NCBI GenBank assembly: GCA_963744185.1
Contig: CAVUSR010000014.1
Coordinates: forward strand, 1,524-65,523
Reading direction: 5' to 3'
DNA: 64,000 nt
Origin: an uncultured Acidobacteriota bacterium
GTDB lineage: Bacteria > Acidobacteriota > Terriglobia > Terriglobales > Acidobacteriaceae
The translations under genes and the position numbers were made by a program. The notes under the pieces are model-generated. The model was not told the DNA's origin and searched no databases. It saw only the letters and a program-made list of their open reading frames with translations. Shown here piece after piece: positions 37,041 through 46,150 of this stretch; position 1 is the first letter of the stretch; each line of letters opens with the position of its first letter.

Positions 37041-37248
37041 GTATGCTTTTCGGGCTTTACAAACGGACCAGCGACGTCTGCTGCTGAGCGCGGTTTAGAT
37101 ACCGCCGGGCCTGACTCCCTGGGGCGCGACCAGATCCCTTTCCCTCGCAGCCTCGAGCGCACAACGCAACTGCCCCTTGGGTCCCCGGGTCTGGATTCTC
37201 AGACCCGGGAAACCATGACATCCGGCTTCACGGTTTTCGGAAGTCGCC

Positions 37249-38574
37249 TCACGGCTTGTACGTGTTCGTATACAGAATGTTTGTCGTAAAGTCCGAGCTG
37301 TATCCGTGAAACACAACAGCGGCCTGTCCTGCGGCGTTCACCGCCACCCCATCCGGTTGTCCGGAGCCCTCATACGAAGTCCCCGCCGTCGCTGGCGCGT
37401 TCCACGCTTTCCCCGTCCCCGGCCGCGTGATCGCGCGCCACTCCGTCGTGCCGCTCTGCAGCAGGAGCGGATAAAACACGATTGCCGCACCCGAGGAACT
37501 CATCGCGAAATCGAAGTACCCCGGGGACTGGTCCGCGCCCGAGATCGTCGTCATCGCTCCCCACGTGTTGTTCGTCAGGTTGCCGTCGATAGCCCCCAGC
37601 GAGAGCAGATGATCGTCGGTCCAGCCCACCAGCGTTGCGTGCCCCGCCGTGTCGCTGCCGAAAATTCGGTTATCGTGGCCCGTGCCGGTATTGAACCCCA
37701 TGCCCGGGTTCGTAATCACCACCACCGTGCCGGCCCATGTTGTCCCATGTCGTACCGTCGACACCACGCTGCCGTTCTGCTCCGAGATCACGCCAAGGTC
37801 TCCTGCGCTGTCCGCCGCCAGTTGCCCAAAGTGCTGCGTCTTGTCCGGGCCCAACAGCCCACCCGAGTCCACCCAGGTCTGCGAACCCGCAGCCAGCGTC
37901 GACACGTGCAGCACCCAGTTCGATGTGGTGCAGGTGCGCGACCCGCATACCGAGTTGAAACTCTCCCACGCCACCGCCATCGATCCGTCCGGCGCGACCA
38001 CCGCGCCGTCAAACGCAAGGTGCGCTGCCGCCGCAATCGTGGCTGGCGGGCTCCACACGCCGCCCGCCGGCCGCACGATCGCCATCACCGTTGAGCTCGA
38101 ACCGCGCGCCCCACCCGTACCCCACGCCAGCCCCTCCACGCCGCTGTCATTTCCCACGTAGAACCCAATTACCCCGTTATTTGACAACGGCGCATGCCAC
38201 GCGCCGCCCAGCGGCTTGTCCGCATACGCCCCGCCGATTGTCGGGCTGGTGTAAACCGCCGTTACGTTGCCGGTCGAACTCCCGTGCAGATACGCATCCC
38301 CCGACGCCGAACCCACGCCGCCCGAAATATCCACCGGCGCGGACCACGGCTGGCCAATCACCGCGCTGCTGCCCCAGATCTCGGTCACCAGCGAGCCGTT
38401 CACCGCGTTCTGATACCACACCGATACCATATTGCCCGATGCATCCAGCGTCACTGCCCCCTGGTACGCGTTGTTTGCCAGGGTCGCCTGCGTTGCCCAC
38501 GACCCAGCTGAAGCATCCGTCGCCGCCGTCAATGCTGCAGCCAGCAACAGTCCCACGAATCGCTTGAACCTCAT
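37249..38574 (-). CDS. secreted hypothetical protein, Gly/Ser/Thr/Trp-rich beta-type repeats
   Basis: Signal MRFKRFVGLLLAAALTAATDASA from ATG 38574. Recurrent segments of the type G..W..P..(I/V)(S/A) suggest a propeller-like or repeat fold. I recognise no family. Confidence 0.6.
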   Translation of the reverse strand: MRFKRFVGLLLAAALTAATDASAGSWATQATLANNAYQGAVTLDASGNMVSVWYQNAVNGSLVTEIWGSSAVIGQPWSAPVDISGGVGSASGDAYLHGSSTGNVTAVYTSPTIGGAYADKPLGGAWHAPLSNNGVIGFYVGNDSGVEGLAWGTGGARGSSSTVMAIVRPAGGVWSPPATIAAAAHLAFDGAVVAPDGSMAVAWESFNSVCGSRTCTTSNWVLHVSTLAAGSQTWVDSGGLLGPDKTQHFGQLAADSAGDLGVISEQNGSVVSTVRHGTTWAGTVVVITNPGMGFNTGTGHDNRIFGSDTAGHATLVGWTDDHLLSLGAIDGNLTNNTWGAMTTISGADQSPGYFDFAMSSSGAAIVFYPLLLQSGTTEWRAITRPGTGKAWNAPATAGTSYEGSGQPDGVAVNAAGQAAVVFHGYSSDFTTNILYTNTYKP

Positions 38575-39165
38575 GACAGATCTCCTTGACCGGCGCACGC
38601 GGCGACGGTTCTCTCCGCGCGGTTTCGATCGGCTTCCGGCCTCGGCTTCGACGCTTCATGAGCGTCCCCCGGGCAGTCTGCCGATATACGAGTTTTTCCG
38701 ACAGTGGAAATTAAAGATCGGGGCCGAAGGGGTGCGCGGCTCGAAGGAGTTCTCAATGCAGTGGCCTGCGGTCGCAGGCTCTTCCAGGGGCCCGGAAAGA
38801 CCAGAGTGCTTCGCTCCGGTCCTTATTGTCCGTTGCTCGCAGGGAAACACTCTCTCGCTCTGCCCAAATTGCTCATCCGCAATCGACGTGTAAAGTCCTG
38901 TAAAACAATGTCACTGAAATGTCACCGGAATCCGGCGCGCTTGCAGATCGTTACGCGCCGCGAGGGACTCCATCGGGCCTAGACCCGGGGGCTCATTTCC
39001 CCGGTTTCAGCCATCCCGCATGGAGCGCGATTTTTGCCATGCCCAATAGTTGTCAAGCCCCCCGCCTGTGGAAAAAAGACGTAAACCATAGAAAATAAGC
39101 GCAAAATAAATTTTCAAAAATTAGGTATTAATTATTCGAACCTGCCATACTTGAAACAGTCGAAC

Positions 39166-39192
39166 AAAAGCCCGCTCTCGAGCGGGCTTTTT
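39166..39192. terminator. bidirectional rho-independent terminator in an AT-rich gap
   Basis: AAAAGCCCGCT-CTCG-AGCGGGCTTTTT: an 8-bp GC-rich stem extended by an A-tract on one side and a T-tract on the other, so it is usable on both strands. Confidence 0.7.
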
Positions 39193-39453
39193 ATCTTTCG
39201 GGCTATAAGGAGCAGACGATGAACGCACCGCACAAATCGAGTCGGCGGATGTCTTTCTACTCCCTGGCCCCTATTCCCTGCCATTTCGCTTCTTCGCGGG
39301 CTTTTTCTAATCACTGCTCACTATTTGCTGTCCACTGTGATTTAAATCACGGTCAGCACAAATTCCCCCCAAAACAGGGGCTAATCCAATGATTCGGAAG
39401 AACATGATCATTTTTTATTTCGCGAAAGTGTCCGCATTCGGACACTTTCTTCA

Positions 39454-40623
39454 TCAATACTTGGGCACTTTAGGGTCAATCTCATCGCTCCATGCCGTAA
39501 TGCCCCCGGCGACATTGGACACGTTCGGGTACCCGGCCTGCTTCAGAAATTCAGCAATCCGCTGGCTCCGCCCTCCGGACTTGCAATGCACCACGACCTC
39601 GCGGTCGCGATCGATCTCGTTGAGCCGGTTGGGCACATCATTCTGCGGAATCAGCTTTCCGCCAATTTGGGCAATCTGGAATTCGTACGGCTCGCGGACA
39701 TCGATCAATTGCACGTCTTCGCCGGCATCAAGGCGGGCCTTGAGCTCTTTCACGGTGATTTGGGGAATGCCGTTCTTCAAGTTTTTCTCCTGAGGTGTCT
39801 CCGGCATAATGCCGCAGAACTGCTGGTAGTCAATGAGTTGGGTAACAGTTGGGTGGGCGCCGCAAACCGGGCAGTCGGGGTTCTTGCGCAGCTTGAGTTC
39901 GCGGAACCGCATGTTGAGCGCATCGATCAGCAAAAGTCGCCCGACCAGGGTTTCGCCCTTGCCAAGAATCAGCTTGATGACCTCGGTGGCCTGCATCACA
40001 CCGACCAGGCCGGGCAGGATGCCGAGCACGCCGCCCTCCGCGCAACTGGGAACGAGGCCCGGCGGCGGCGGTTCGGGGTAGAGGCAGCGGTAGCAGGGGC
40101 CGTCCTTTGTGGCGAAAACGCTGGCCTGACCCTCGAAGCGGAAGATGGAGCCGTAGACGTTGGGCTTGCCCAGCAGCACGCAGGCATCGTTCACCAGGTA
40201 GCGGGTGGGGAAGTTGTCGGTCCCGTCGGCGACGATGTCGTAGTCCTTGAGGATGTCGAGAGCGTTGGCGCTGGTCAGCATGGTCTCGTGCTTCACCACG
40301 TTAAGCGCGGGGTTGAGCGCGGTGAGCTTTTCCGCGGCGGAGTCGAGCTTTTTGCGGCCAATGTCCTTCGTGGAGTGGATGATCTGGCGCTGCAGGTTGC
40401 TGGCGTCCACCACGTCGAAGTCAACCAGGCCGAGGGTGCCGATGCCGGCGGCGGCGAGGTAGAAAGCCAGTGGCGATCCCAGGCCTCCGGTGCCCACACA
40501 GAGCACGTGCGCAGCCTTCAGGCGCTGCTGGCCCTCCATGCCGACTTCGGGCAGGATGAGGTGGCGCGAGTAGCGGGCGAGTTCGTCGGGGTTCAGCGTC
40601 GGGAGAGTGGTTGGATTCAGCAT
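39454..40623 (-). CDS. moeZ: adenylyltransferase/sulfurtransferase of the MoeB/ThiF family with C-terminal rhodanese domain (MoeZ type)
   Basis: RYSRHLILPEVGMEGQQRL, the nucleotide loop GTGGLGSP and zinc-site motifs CYRC and CPVC are present. The rhodanese active-site loop is HCKSGGRS. Confidence 0.9.
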   Translation of the reverse strand: MLNPTTLPTLNPDELARYSRHLILPEVGMEGQQRLKAAHVLCVGTGGLGSPLAFYLAAAGIGTLGLVDFDVVDASNLQRQIIHSTKDIGRKKLDSAAEKLTALNPALNVVKHETMLTSANALDILKDYDIVADGTDNFPTRYLVNDACVLLGKPNVYGSIFRFEGQASVFATKDGPCYRCLYPEPPPPGLVPSCAEGGVLGILPGLVGVMQATEVIKLILGKGETLVGRLLLIDALNMRFRELKLRKNPDCPVCGAHPTVTQLIDYQQFCGIMPETPQEKNLKNGIPQITVKELKARLDAGEDVQLIDVREPYEFQIAQIGGKLIPQNDVPNRLNEIDRDREVVVHCKSGGRSQRIAEFLKQAGYPNVSNVAGGITAWSDEIDPKVPKY

Positions 40624-40641
40624 ATGGGTCTCAGGAATGAA

Positions 40642-40659
40642 AGTGATCAGTGGTCAGTG
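40642..40659. repeat. third, unpaired copy of the CAGTGRT heptad run
   Basis: AGTGATCAGTGGTCAGTG lies in the 70-nt spacer between cysO and moeZ. It matches 16 contiguous nt of the inverted-repeat arm at 34641-34665. Confidence 0.5.
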
Positions 40660-40693
40660 CGTTGCGCGCCGCAAGGCGCCATCGCCTGGACGG

Positions 40694-40969
40694 CTAGTCC
40701 CCGCCCGCGATCGACGGGATGATGGAAAGCGTGTCGGTGGGGCTTACGCTCGTGGCTTCCTTCTCGGGCAGGTAGCGGATGTCTTCGTCGTTGAGGTAGA
40801 GGTTCACGAAGGCGCGCACTTTGCCCTCGGCGGTGAAAAGGTGCTTGCGCAGGTCGGGATTGGAAGTGGTGAGCTGGTCGAGGGCCCCGGCAATGGTGGG
40901 AGCGTCGATCTCGATGGTGCTCTGGCCGCTGGCGTAAGGGCGCAACGGCGTGGGGATGAAGATCTTCAT
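40694..40969 (-). CDS. cysO: ubiquitin-like sulfur carrier protein (CysO/MoaD/ThiS family) ending in GG-Asp
   Basis: 91 aa. IPTPLRPYASGQ..., ...RAFVNLYLNDEDIRYL... and ...SIIPSIAGGD closely parallel the mycobacterial CysO pattern, with one extra residue after the di-glycine. Confidence 0.85.
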   Translation of the reverse strand: MKIFIPTPLRPYASGQSTIEIDAPTIAGALDQLTTSNPDLRKHLFTAEGKVRAFVNLYLNDEDIRYLPEKEATSVSPTDTLSIIPSIAGGD

Positions 40970-41152
40970 ATCTTTAACTCTAGATGAATCGGCCGCAGCT
41001 CCCGACGAAACTGTACGGCCTTTTGATGAAGCAGCAAGGTGTCTGGATTAAGAAGAAACCCTGGCGGCAACTTGAATCGGGCTCAAAGACTCCTACAGTC
41101 TGCAAGCCGAACGGTACGCCTCCCCCCGGATTCTCTTCTCAGGAGTGCACCA

Positions 41153-43036
41153 GTGTCGTATCGCAGCAGTTTTGTCGCAACCGTCCTGTGCACGGTGGCG
41201 TCAGTGGCCACGTGTGTCGCGCAGTCTCCCACCAGCTTTTCCCTCGTCACAACCCCCAACAACACCAGCACTCTCAACGGTTGGACCCCGCAGAACATCT
41301 ACGCTGTCGATCTGAACAATGACGGCATTCCCGACCTCATCCAGGACGAAGCGGAGGCATCGACCATGGGCGCCTACTCGCCGACCGGGCAATTCGGCGT
41401 GAGCATCGCCAACGGCGACGGGACCTTCAAGCCGGCGGCAGCCATCAACTATCCCCCCGGAACGGTCGGCGTCCTGCCCATGGCCTTCGGCGACTTCAAT
41501 GGAGACGGCAAGGTGGACATCGCCATGCCGCTGGTGGGGAAGAATACCATCGCCATATACCTCGGGTATGGGAATGGCACGTTCGCGAGCCCATGGTATT
41601 TCAACATGCCCATCGCTTCCGACTCGACCTTCTCCGCATCGCCCCTGGTGGCGGCCGACTTCAATCACGACGGCAAGCTCGATCTAGCCGTGGTTGCTAA
41701 CAACAGCAACACTTCCGCCTATCCCACGACAACCATTTACGTGCTTCCCGGCGCCGGCAACGGAACCTTCTCCACCGCGACCCCCGTGCTGGCCGCGCCT
41801 ACTGCCGGCAACGCCTCTGGCTCCGCGGTCGCCAGCATGGTCATCGGCGACTTCGACGGCGACGCCAACGCCGACATCGCCCTCACCATCACTACGGGCA
41901 ACAGCACCGGCGGCTACGGCAGTTCCTCCATCTGGGTCCTCTATGGCGAAGGCGATTTCACCTTTTCCGCCCGCACCCCCATGCTCAACACTGCGCCGGT
42001 CAGCATCGCCGCGGGCGACTTGAACAGCGACGGATATACTGACCTCTTCGGGCTGGATGTCGACAACTACCGCCTCGACACGCTCTACGGGCAGGCGGGA
42101 CGACTGTTCGCCACCTACACTCTGGCGATTCCAGCTACCTCCTACGGCGGCAACGGCCCCTATACGCCCGCGCTTGCCATGGCTGATTTCAACGACGATG
42201 GCCATATGGACCTGGTGACGACGGTCGCCAGCGGCCAGAGCGCCGAGGTCTCCATGGTGTTCTTCCTGGGCACTTCGAGCCCCGGGCAGTTCAGCAACCA
42301 GAGTTTGAACATCACCAATTACAGCTCGGTTACCTATCCCACAGAACCTGTGGCAGGCGACTTCAATCATGACGGGAAGCCGGATTTCGCCATGGTCAAC
42401 ACCATTTCTCCGGGAGACTCCACCATTTACACCGGCTTGAACACCGACACGAGCGGCCTGTGGAGCAACTGCGACTACCCGACAACGGGACGCGGCATTC
42501 ACGTGTGCTCGCCGGATGGGTCTTCAGGATCGGCGGTGAACTTCAATGCGACGGCGCATTCCTACGGATCGCTGCGCAAGATGGAGCTGTGGGTGGACGG
42601 CAAGAAGGTTGCCGAGCAGCACCACACGTGGGAGGGCAACGCTTATTTCAGCTTCAGCTCGACGCTGGCGGCGGGTACGCATCAAGGCGCGATCTTCGCA
42701 GCAGATATCGATGACACGCTGCAGCTGAATGAATTCAACTTCACGGTGCCGTCGACTTGCAGTGCTCCGAGGTCGGCGGGGGTACACATTTGCGCTCCAG
42801 CGAACGGATCGACGACGTCGGCGAGCCCGGTGCTGGTGACGGCCAGTTCGATGGTGACGGGCACGCTGGCGCGGATGGAGGTGTGGGTGGATTCCACGAA
42901 GAAATACACCGAGACGAATTCGACTTCCTTGTCGGCATCGATCGGCATGAACGCAGGGAAGCACACGATCACAGTGTTTGCAGTGAACACGAGCGGAACG
43001 GTGTTGAGCTCGGCGACCACGGTTACGGTTCCGTAG
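41153..43036 (+). CDS. secreted FG-GAP/VCBS-repeat protein with two C-terminal Ig-like repeats
   Basis: GTG 41153 is preceded by AGGAGT, and the signal is SSFVATVLCTVASVATCVAQ. There are at least 6 repeats of the type (GDFNGDGKVDIA / ADFNHDGKLDLA / GDLNSDGYTDL / ADFNDDGHMDL / GDFNHDGKPDFA). Two homologous roughly 85-aa C-terminal modules begin GIHVCSP... and GVHICAP.... Confidence 0.8.
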   Translation: MSYRSSFVATVLCTVASVATCVAQSPTSFSLVTTPNNTSTLNGWTPQNIYAVDLNNDGIPDLIQDEAEASTMGAYSPTGQFGVSIANGDGTFKPAAAINYPPGTVGVLPMAFGDFNGDGKVDIAMPLVGKNTIAIYLGYGNGTFASPWYFNMPIASDSTFSASPLVAADFNHDGKLDLAVVANNSNTSAYPTTTIYVLPGAGNGTFSTATPVLAAPTAGNASGSAVASMVIGDFDGDANADIALTITTGNSTGGYGSSSIWVLYGEGDFTFSARTPMLNTAPVSIAAGDLNSDGYTDLFGLDVDNYRLDTLYGQAGRLFATYTLAIPATSYGGNGPYTPALAMADFNDDGHMDLVTTVASGQSAEVSMVFFLGTSSPGQFSNQSLNITNYSSVTYPTEPVAGDFNHDGKPDFAMVNTISPGDSTIYTGLNTDTSGLWSNCDYPTTGRGIHVCSPDGSSGSAVNFNATAHSYGSLRKMELWVDGKKVAEQHHTWEGNAYFSFSSTLAAGTHQGAIFAADIDDTLQLNEFNFTVPSTCSAPRSAGVHICAPANGSTTSASPVLVTASSMVTGTLARMEVWVDSTKKYTETNSTSLSASIGMNAGKHTITVFAVNTSGTVLSSATTVTVP

Positions 43037-43048
43037 TTTTGCCGGGCA

Positions 43049-43091
43049 AGCGAGCGCTCCCGGCGCAGATGCCGGGAGCGTTCGCTTTTTT
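43049..43091 (+). terminator. rho-independent terminator after the FG-GAP gene
   Basis: 16-bp stem AGCGAGCGCTCCCGGC / GCCGGGAGCGTTCGCT with one G-U pair and loop GCAGAT, followed by TTTTTT. Confidence 0.8.
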
Positions 43092-43145
43092 CAAGAAGCA
43101 TTGGAGACCGGAATGGAAGCCGGAGCGAAGGCGGGACGCACGCCT

Positions 43146-43751
43146 TCATTTGCCTCCGGCAGCGGCCGCCTTCTTCTGCTGTGCCTGTACGGTCCAGGGA
43201 GGCACAATGCCATTCTGCCGCGCGTACGCGACAAGCTGGCCGAGGTGCTCGTGCGCGTCGGCAACGAGAAGGTAGACGACGTCGCCCTCGTTCGCCTGCG
43301 GGCCCAGCTTGGGAAGCAGCTTTGCGAAATCGGCGTTACTCATGCCGGTAATCGTTTTGTTCGCGAAATCCCAGGACTGATTCAGGTCGTCCACGATACG
43401 AGCCTTGTCGGTTGTGGATTTTTCCAATTCCCGCGGTTTAAGTCCGGCCGGAGGGTTAGCGCCCATCAAGCCGAGGATTCCGTACCGTTCTCCAGCAACG
43501 TGCAGAAACACTTCAGCAAAGGACCGGGTATCGGCTGAAGGGCGCCAGGTGAGCTTGTCACCCGGAAGTGCCTCGGCGAGATCGACACACTTCTTATTCA
43601 CGGCCTGCAGATCAAGAAGAGCCTGGGCTTTCATGTCATAGCTGGGGGCGGTGCTGTCTGTGGCGTTGTCGGGAGTTTGCGCGGGCGCCGCGATGGCGCC
43701 AGCACTCACGATGCATGCGAGAGAAATCAAGGAGAGAATCGGCATTTTCAT
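43146..43751 (-). CDS. secreted DinB-family protein
   Basis: Start ATG 43751 (MKMPILSLISLACIVSAGAIAAPA signal). DinB-like helices carry His ligands (FAEVFLHVAGERY, LLVADAHEHLGQLVAYAR). Confidence 0.8.
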   Translation of the reverse strand: MKMPILSLISLACIVSAGAIAAPAQTPDNATDSTAPSYDMKAQALLDLQAVNKKCVDLAEALPGDKLTWRPSADTRSFAEVFLHVAGERYGILGLMGANPPAGLKPRELEKSTTDKARIVDDLNQSWDFANKTITGMSNADFAKLLPKLGPQANEGDVVYLLVADAHEHLGQLVAYARQNGIVPPWTVQAQQKKAAAAGGK

Positions 43752-44042
43752 GGCGGCCTCCGCTGGAATCGAAGCTCTTGTAATCGACCCGAGGCTAGAG
43801 CAGAGGCGGGAAAGACGCAAGCATTTCGTGACCACGGGGCGTTGTGAGGGGTGAGTCGCCGCCCTGGCGAGATTGATGGTTTTGGATAGAGACCGCCTCA
43901 ACGATTATTCGCTTCGAGGACTTATGCAGGGAATGAAAACTGAGAGAGTGAAGAGCATCATGTGTTTCTCGTCCTCGAGTTGCAGAAATGCTTCGGCAAG
44001 CACAGGAAAAAAGGGTCGACATAAATTACACCTTATGGTGTA

Positions 44043-44813
44043 ATGTGTGCCATGAGTCAACTGACGGACGTGTTGACAGCCATTTCGCATCCCACCCGGC
44101 GCGCGATTATCGGGCAACTTGCAAACGGGCCGGCTCGATTCCTGGATGTGGCCAAGCCGCACGGGACGGCTCTGAATGCAGTTACGAAGCATCTGAAAAT
44201 GCTCGAACGAGCAGGACTGATCGAGCGCGAAAGGCGCGGTCGTGAGGTCCTTATCTCCTTTCGCGGGGAACCTCTTCGGGAGGTAGCAGGGTGGGTGCAT
44301 GAGTACGAACGGTTCTGGAACCAGCGTCTCGATGAGTTCGCGCGGCATTTCCGGGACAAGAAAGAAGAAGGAGAGGAAGTGATGAAGAGCTCGAAGGCGA
44401 ACCTTGAATTCAGGTTTGAACGGACCATCCCTGCTCCTCCAGGTGAAGTGTTTGATGGTTGGCTGAATCCCAGGATCCCGGGCAATCCGTGGAATAAGGC
44501 GGACAAGCTGCTTCTGAATCCGGAAGTGGACGGCTTCTTTTATTGGGCCCTCAAGGGCACGCCTCATTACGGCCGATTCACAGAGATGAAGAGGCCGGTT
44601 CGGATGCAGCATACCTGGGTATCGCCCAACACGCTGGGAGAAGAATCGACAGTGACCGTGACATTCGAGAAACAGGGAAAGGACACCCGGATGACTCTCG
44701 TGCATTCGGGTATTCCCGACACAGATGCGGGAAGAGGGCACGAGAAAGGCTGGAACTATTTTCTGGACATTTTCCCGGGGCAGTTCGGAGATGGTTTGCG
44801 AAAGGAGAAATAG
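44043..44813 (+). CDS. ArsR-family HTH regulator fused in-frame to an SRPBCC (Aha1/START-like) domain
   Basis: The N-terminus ISHPTRRAIIGQLANGPARFLDVAKPHGTALNAVTKHLKMLERAGLIERERRGREV is an ArsR wHTH. From about residue 114 (MKSSKANLEFRFERTIPAPPGEVFDGWLNP...) it is SRPBCC-like. No stop codon separates the two parts. Confidence 0.8.
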   Translation: MCAMSQLTDVLTAISHPTRRAIIGQLANGPARFLDVAKPHGTALNAVTKHLKMLERAGLIERERRGREVLISFRGEPLREVAGWVHEYERFWNQRLDEFARHFRDKKEEGEEVMKSSKANLEFRFERTIPAPPGEVFDGWLNPRIPGNPWNKADKLLLNPEVDGFFYWALKGTPHYGRFTEMKRPVRMQHTWVSPNTLGEESTVTVTFEKQGKDTRMTLVHSGIPDTDAGRGHEKGWNYFLDIFPGQFGDGLRKEK

Positions 44814-45641
44814 TTGATGAAATCAGGTAACGGGTCAACCACGGAAGCCCGCGGGTACGCGCCTGTCAACGGACTGGAGATGTATTACGAAATCGAAGGG
44901 ACAGGGGATCCGCTGGTTTGTATTCCTCCCGCCTTCGGATATGCGGGCGTGAATCCGTATCCTGCGCTGGTTCAGAACCACACGGTCATCACGATCGATC
45001 TGCAAGGGAATGGCCGCACGGCCGATCTTCCCGGAGCGTCCGCTTTCGATCGAGCAGTATGCCGAAGACGTGGTGGGCTTGTTGAGGTATCTCGGAATCG
45101 CAAAGGCCGATTTCTTTGGCGAGAGTTACGGCGGCAATACAGCGGCCATGATCGCAATCCGCTACCCGGATCTTGTCCGTCGCGTGGTTACTTACGCAGC
45201 AACCTTTGGCCCTCCCCAGATTGCCTTGAATCCTCTGACGACGCACGTTGAGCACGGCCCAGCGCGGACTCCAGGAACATCCAATTTCAAAGAGAAAACT
45301 ACAAGAAAGTCGCTCCCGATCCAAACTATTGGCCCAGGATCTTTGACAAGGTGGGAAGCATTCAGTGGGCAGGATTTTCGAAAGAAGAGCTGGCGGGGAT
45401 CAAAGCGCCGATTCTCATTCTTCTCGGAGATTACGATTTTGTCCGCCTCGAGCACGCCGTGGCGACCGTCAAGCTCATTCCCAACGCCGAACTTGCGGTG
45501 ATCCCGTCCGCCAGCCACTTCGCGCTTTTGTCGGAACCGGAGAGAGTGATTCCAATCGTTCGGCACTTCCTGGAAAAGCCGGAGAAGGGCATTCCGTTGG
45601 CAACTGCTGAAACCGGCTATCACCCCGGGGAAACCAGATAA
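44814..45641 (+). pseudogene. alpha/beta-fold hydrolase interrupted by two compensating 1-nt frameshifts
   Basis: The N-terminus (VNGLEMYYEIEGTGDPLVCIPP...IDLQGNGRTAD) is in frame 0. The nucleophile elbow region (RPLSIEQYAEDVVGLLRYLGIAKADFFGESYGG) is in frame +1. The C-terminus (ENYKKVAPDPNYWPRIFDKV...ILILLGDYDF...SHFALLSEPE) is back in frame 0. The junctions lie near 45030-45034 and 45258-45260. Confidence 0.65.
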
Positions 45642-45658
45642 CGCGCGAAGGAGCGATC

Positions 45659-46150
45659 ATGGCAAAGGTAGTGATGGGAAATGCTTCGGCGATCACGGTT
45701 CCGCGACGAGATCGGGACAGCATTCGAAGATTTTATTGTGAGGTGCTCGGCGGCAAAATCGTGAAAGAGGATAACGAGAAGGACATTCTTCGTTTGGAAG
45801 AAAACTTCTATATGTTGTTTCGCTACGACGATGTCCGTGACGAAAGCGAATTCTTGCGGTCGCCGAGATCTCTCTGGCTGCAAATCAAGTCAGACAATGT
45901 GGAAGAGATGACGCGGAAGATTCTCGATTTCGGCGCCACGAAGATCGATCTGCCATCGGGACTGCCCGAGACGGTCCCCTATCTTTATTTTCAAGCGCCC
46001 GGAGGACAATGCTTCCAACTGCTCCCAATCAACGAGGACCAGGCATATTACAAGGGAGCCCGGAAAGGCCCGGGCGTGGCCAAGGAAAGAGAGGCGGAGG
46101 CGCTCAAGGAGAAGGCGCTGAGCGCGCTGGTGGCGAGGCAAGAGAGTTAG
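45659..46150 (+). CDS. glyoxalase/bleomycin-resistance (VOC) family-like protein
   Basis: 163 aa. RDRDSIRRFYCEVLGGKIV and ...LWLQIKSDNVEEMTRKILDFGATKIDLP...YLYFQAPGGQCFQLL resemble the paired beta-alpha-beta-beta-beta VOC modules. Its stop overlaps the mec stop tail-to-tail. Confidence 0.6.
   Translation: MAKVVMGNASAITVPRRDRDSIRRFYCEVLGGKIVKEDNEKDILRLEENFYMLFRYDDVRDESEFLRSPRSLWLQIKSDNVEEMTRKILDFGATKIDLPSGLPETVPYLYFQAPGGQCFQLLPINEDQAYYKGARKGPGVAKEREAEALKEKALSALVARQES

Noticed and set aside
39424-39449. The 11-bp-stem hairpin right after the moeZ stop as an intrinsic terminator.
   Set aside because: On the moeZ (minus) strand it is followed by an A-rich rather than a U-rich tract. On the plus strand the T-run precedes the stem. 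I kept it only as a stem-loop within the gap finding.
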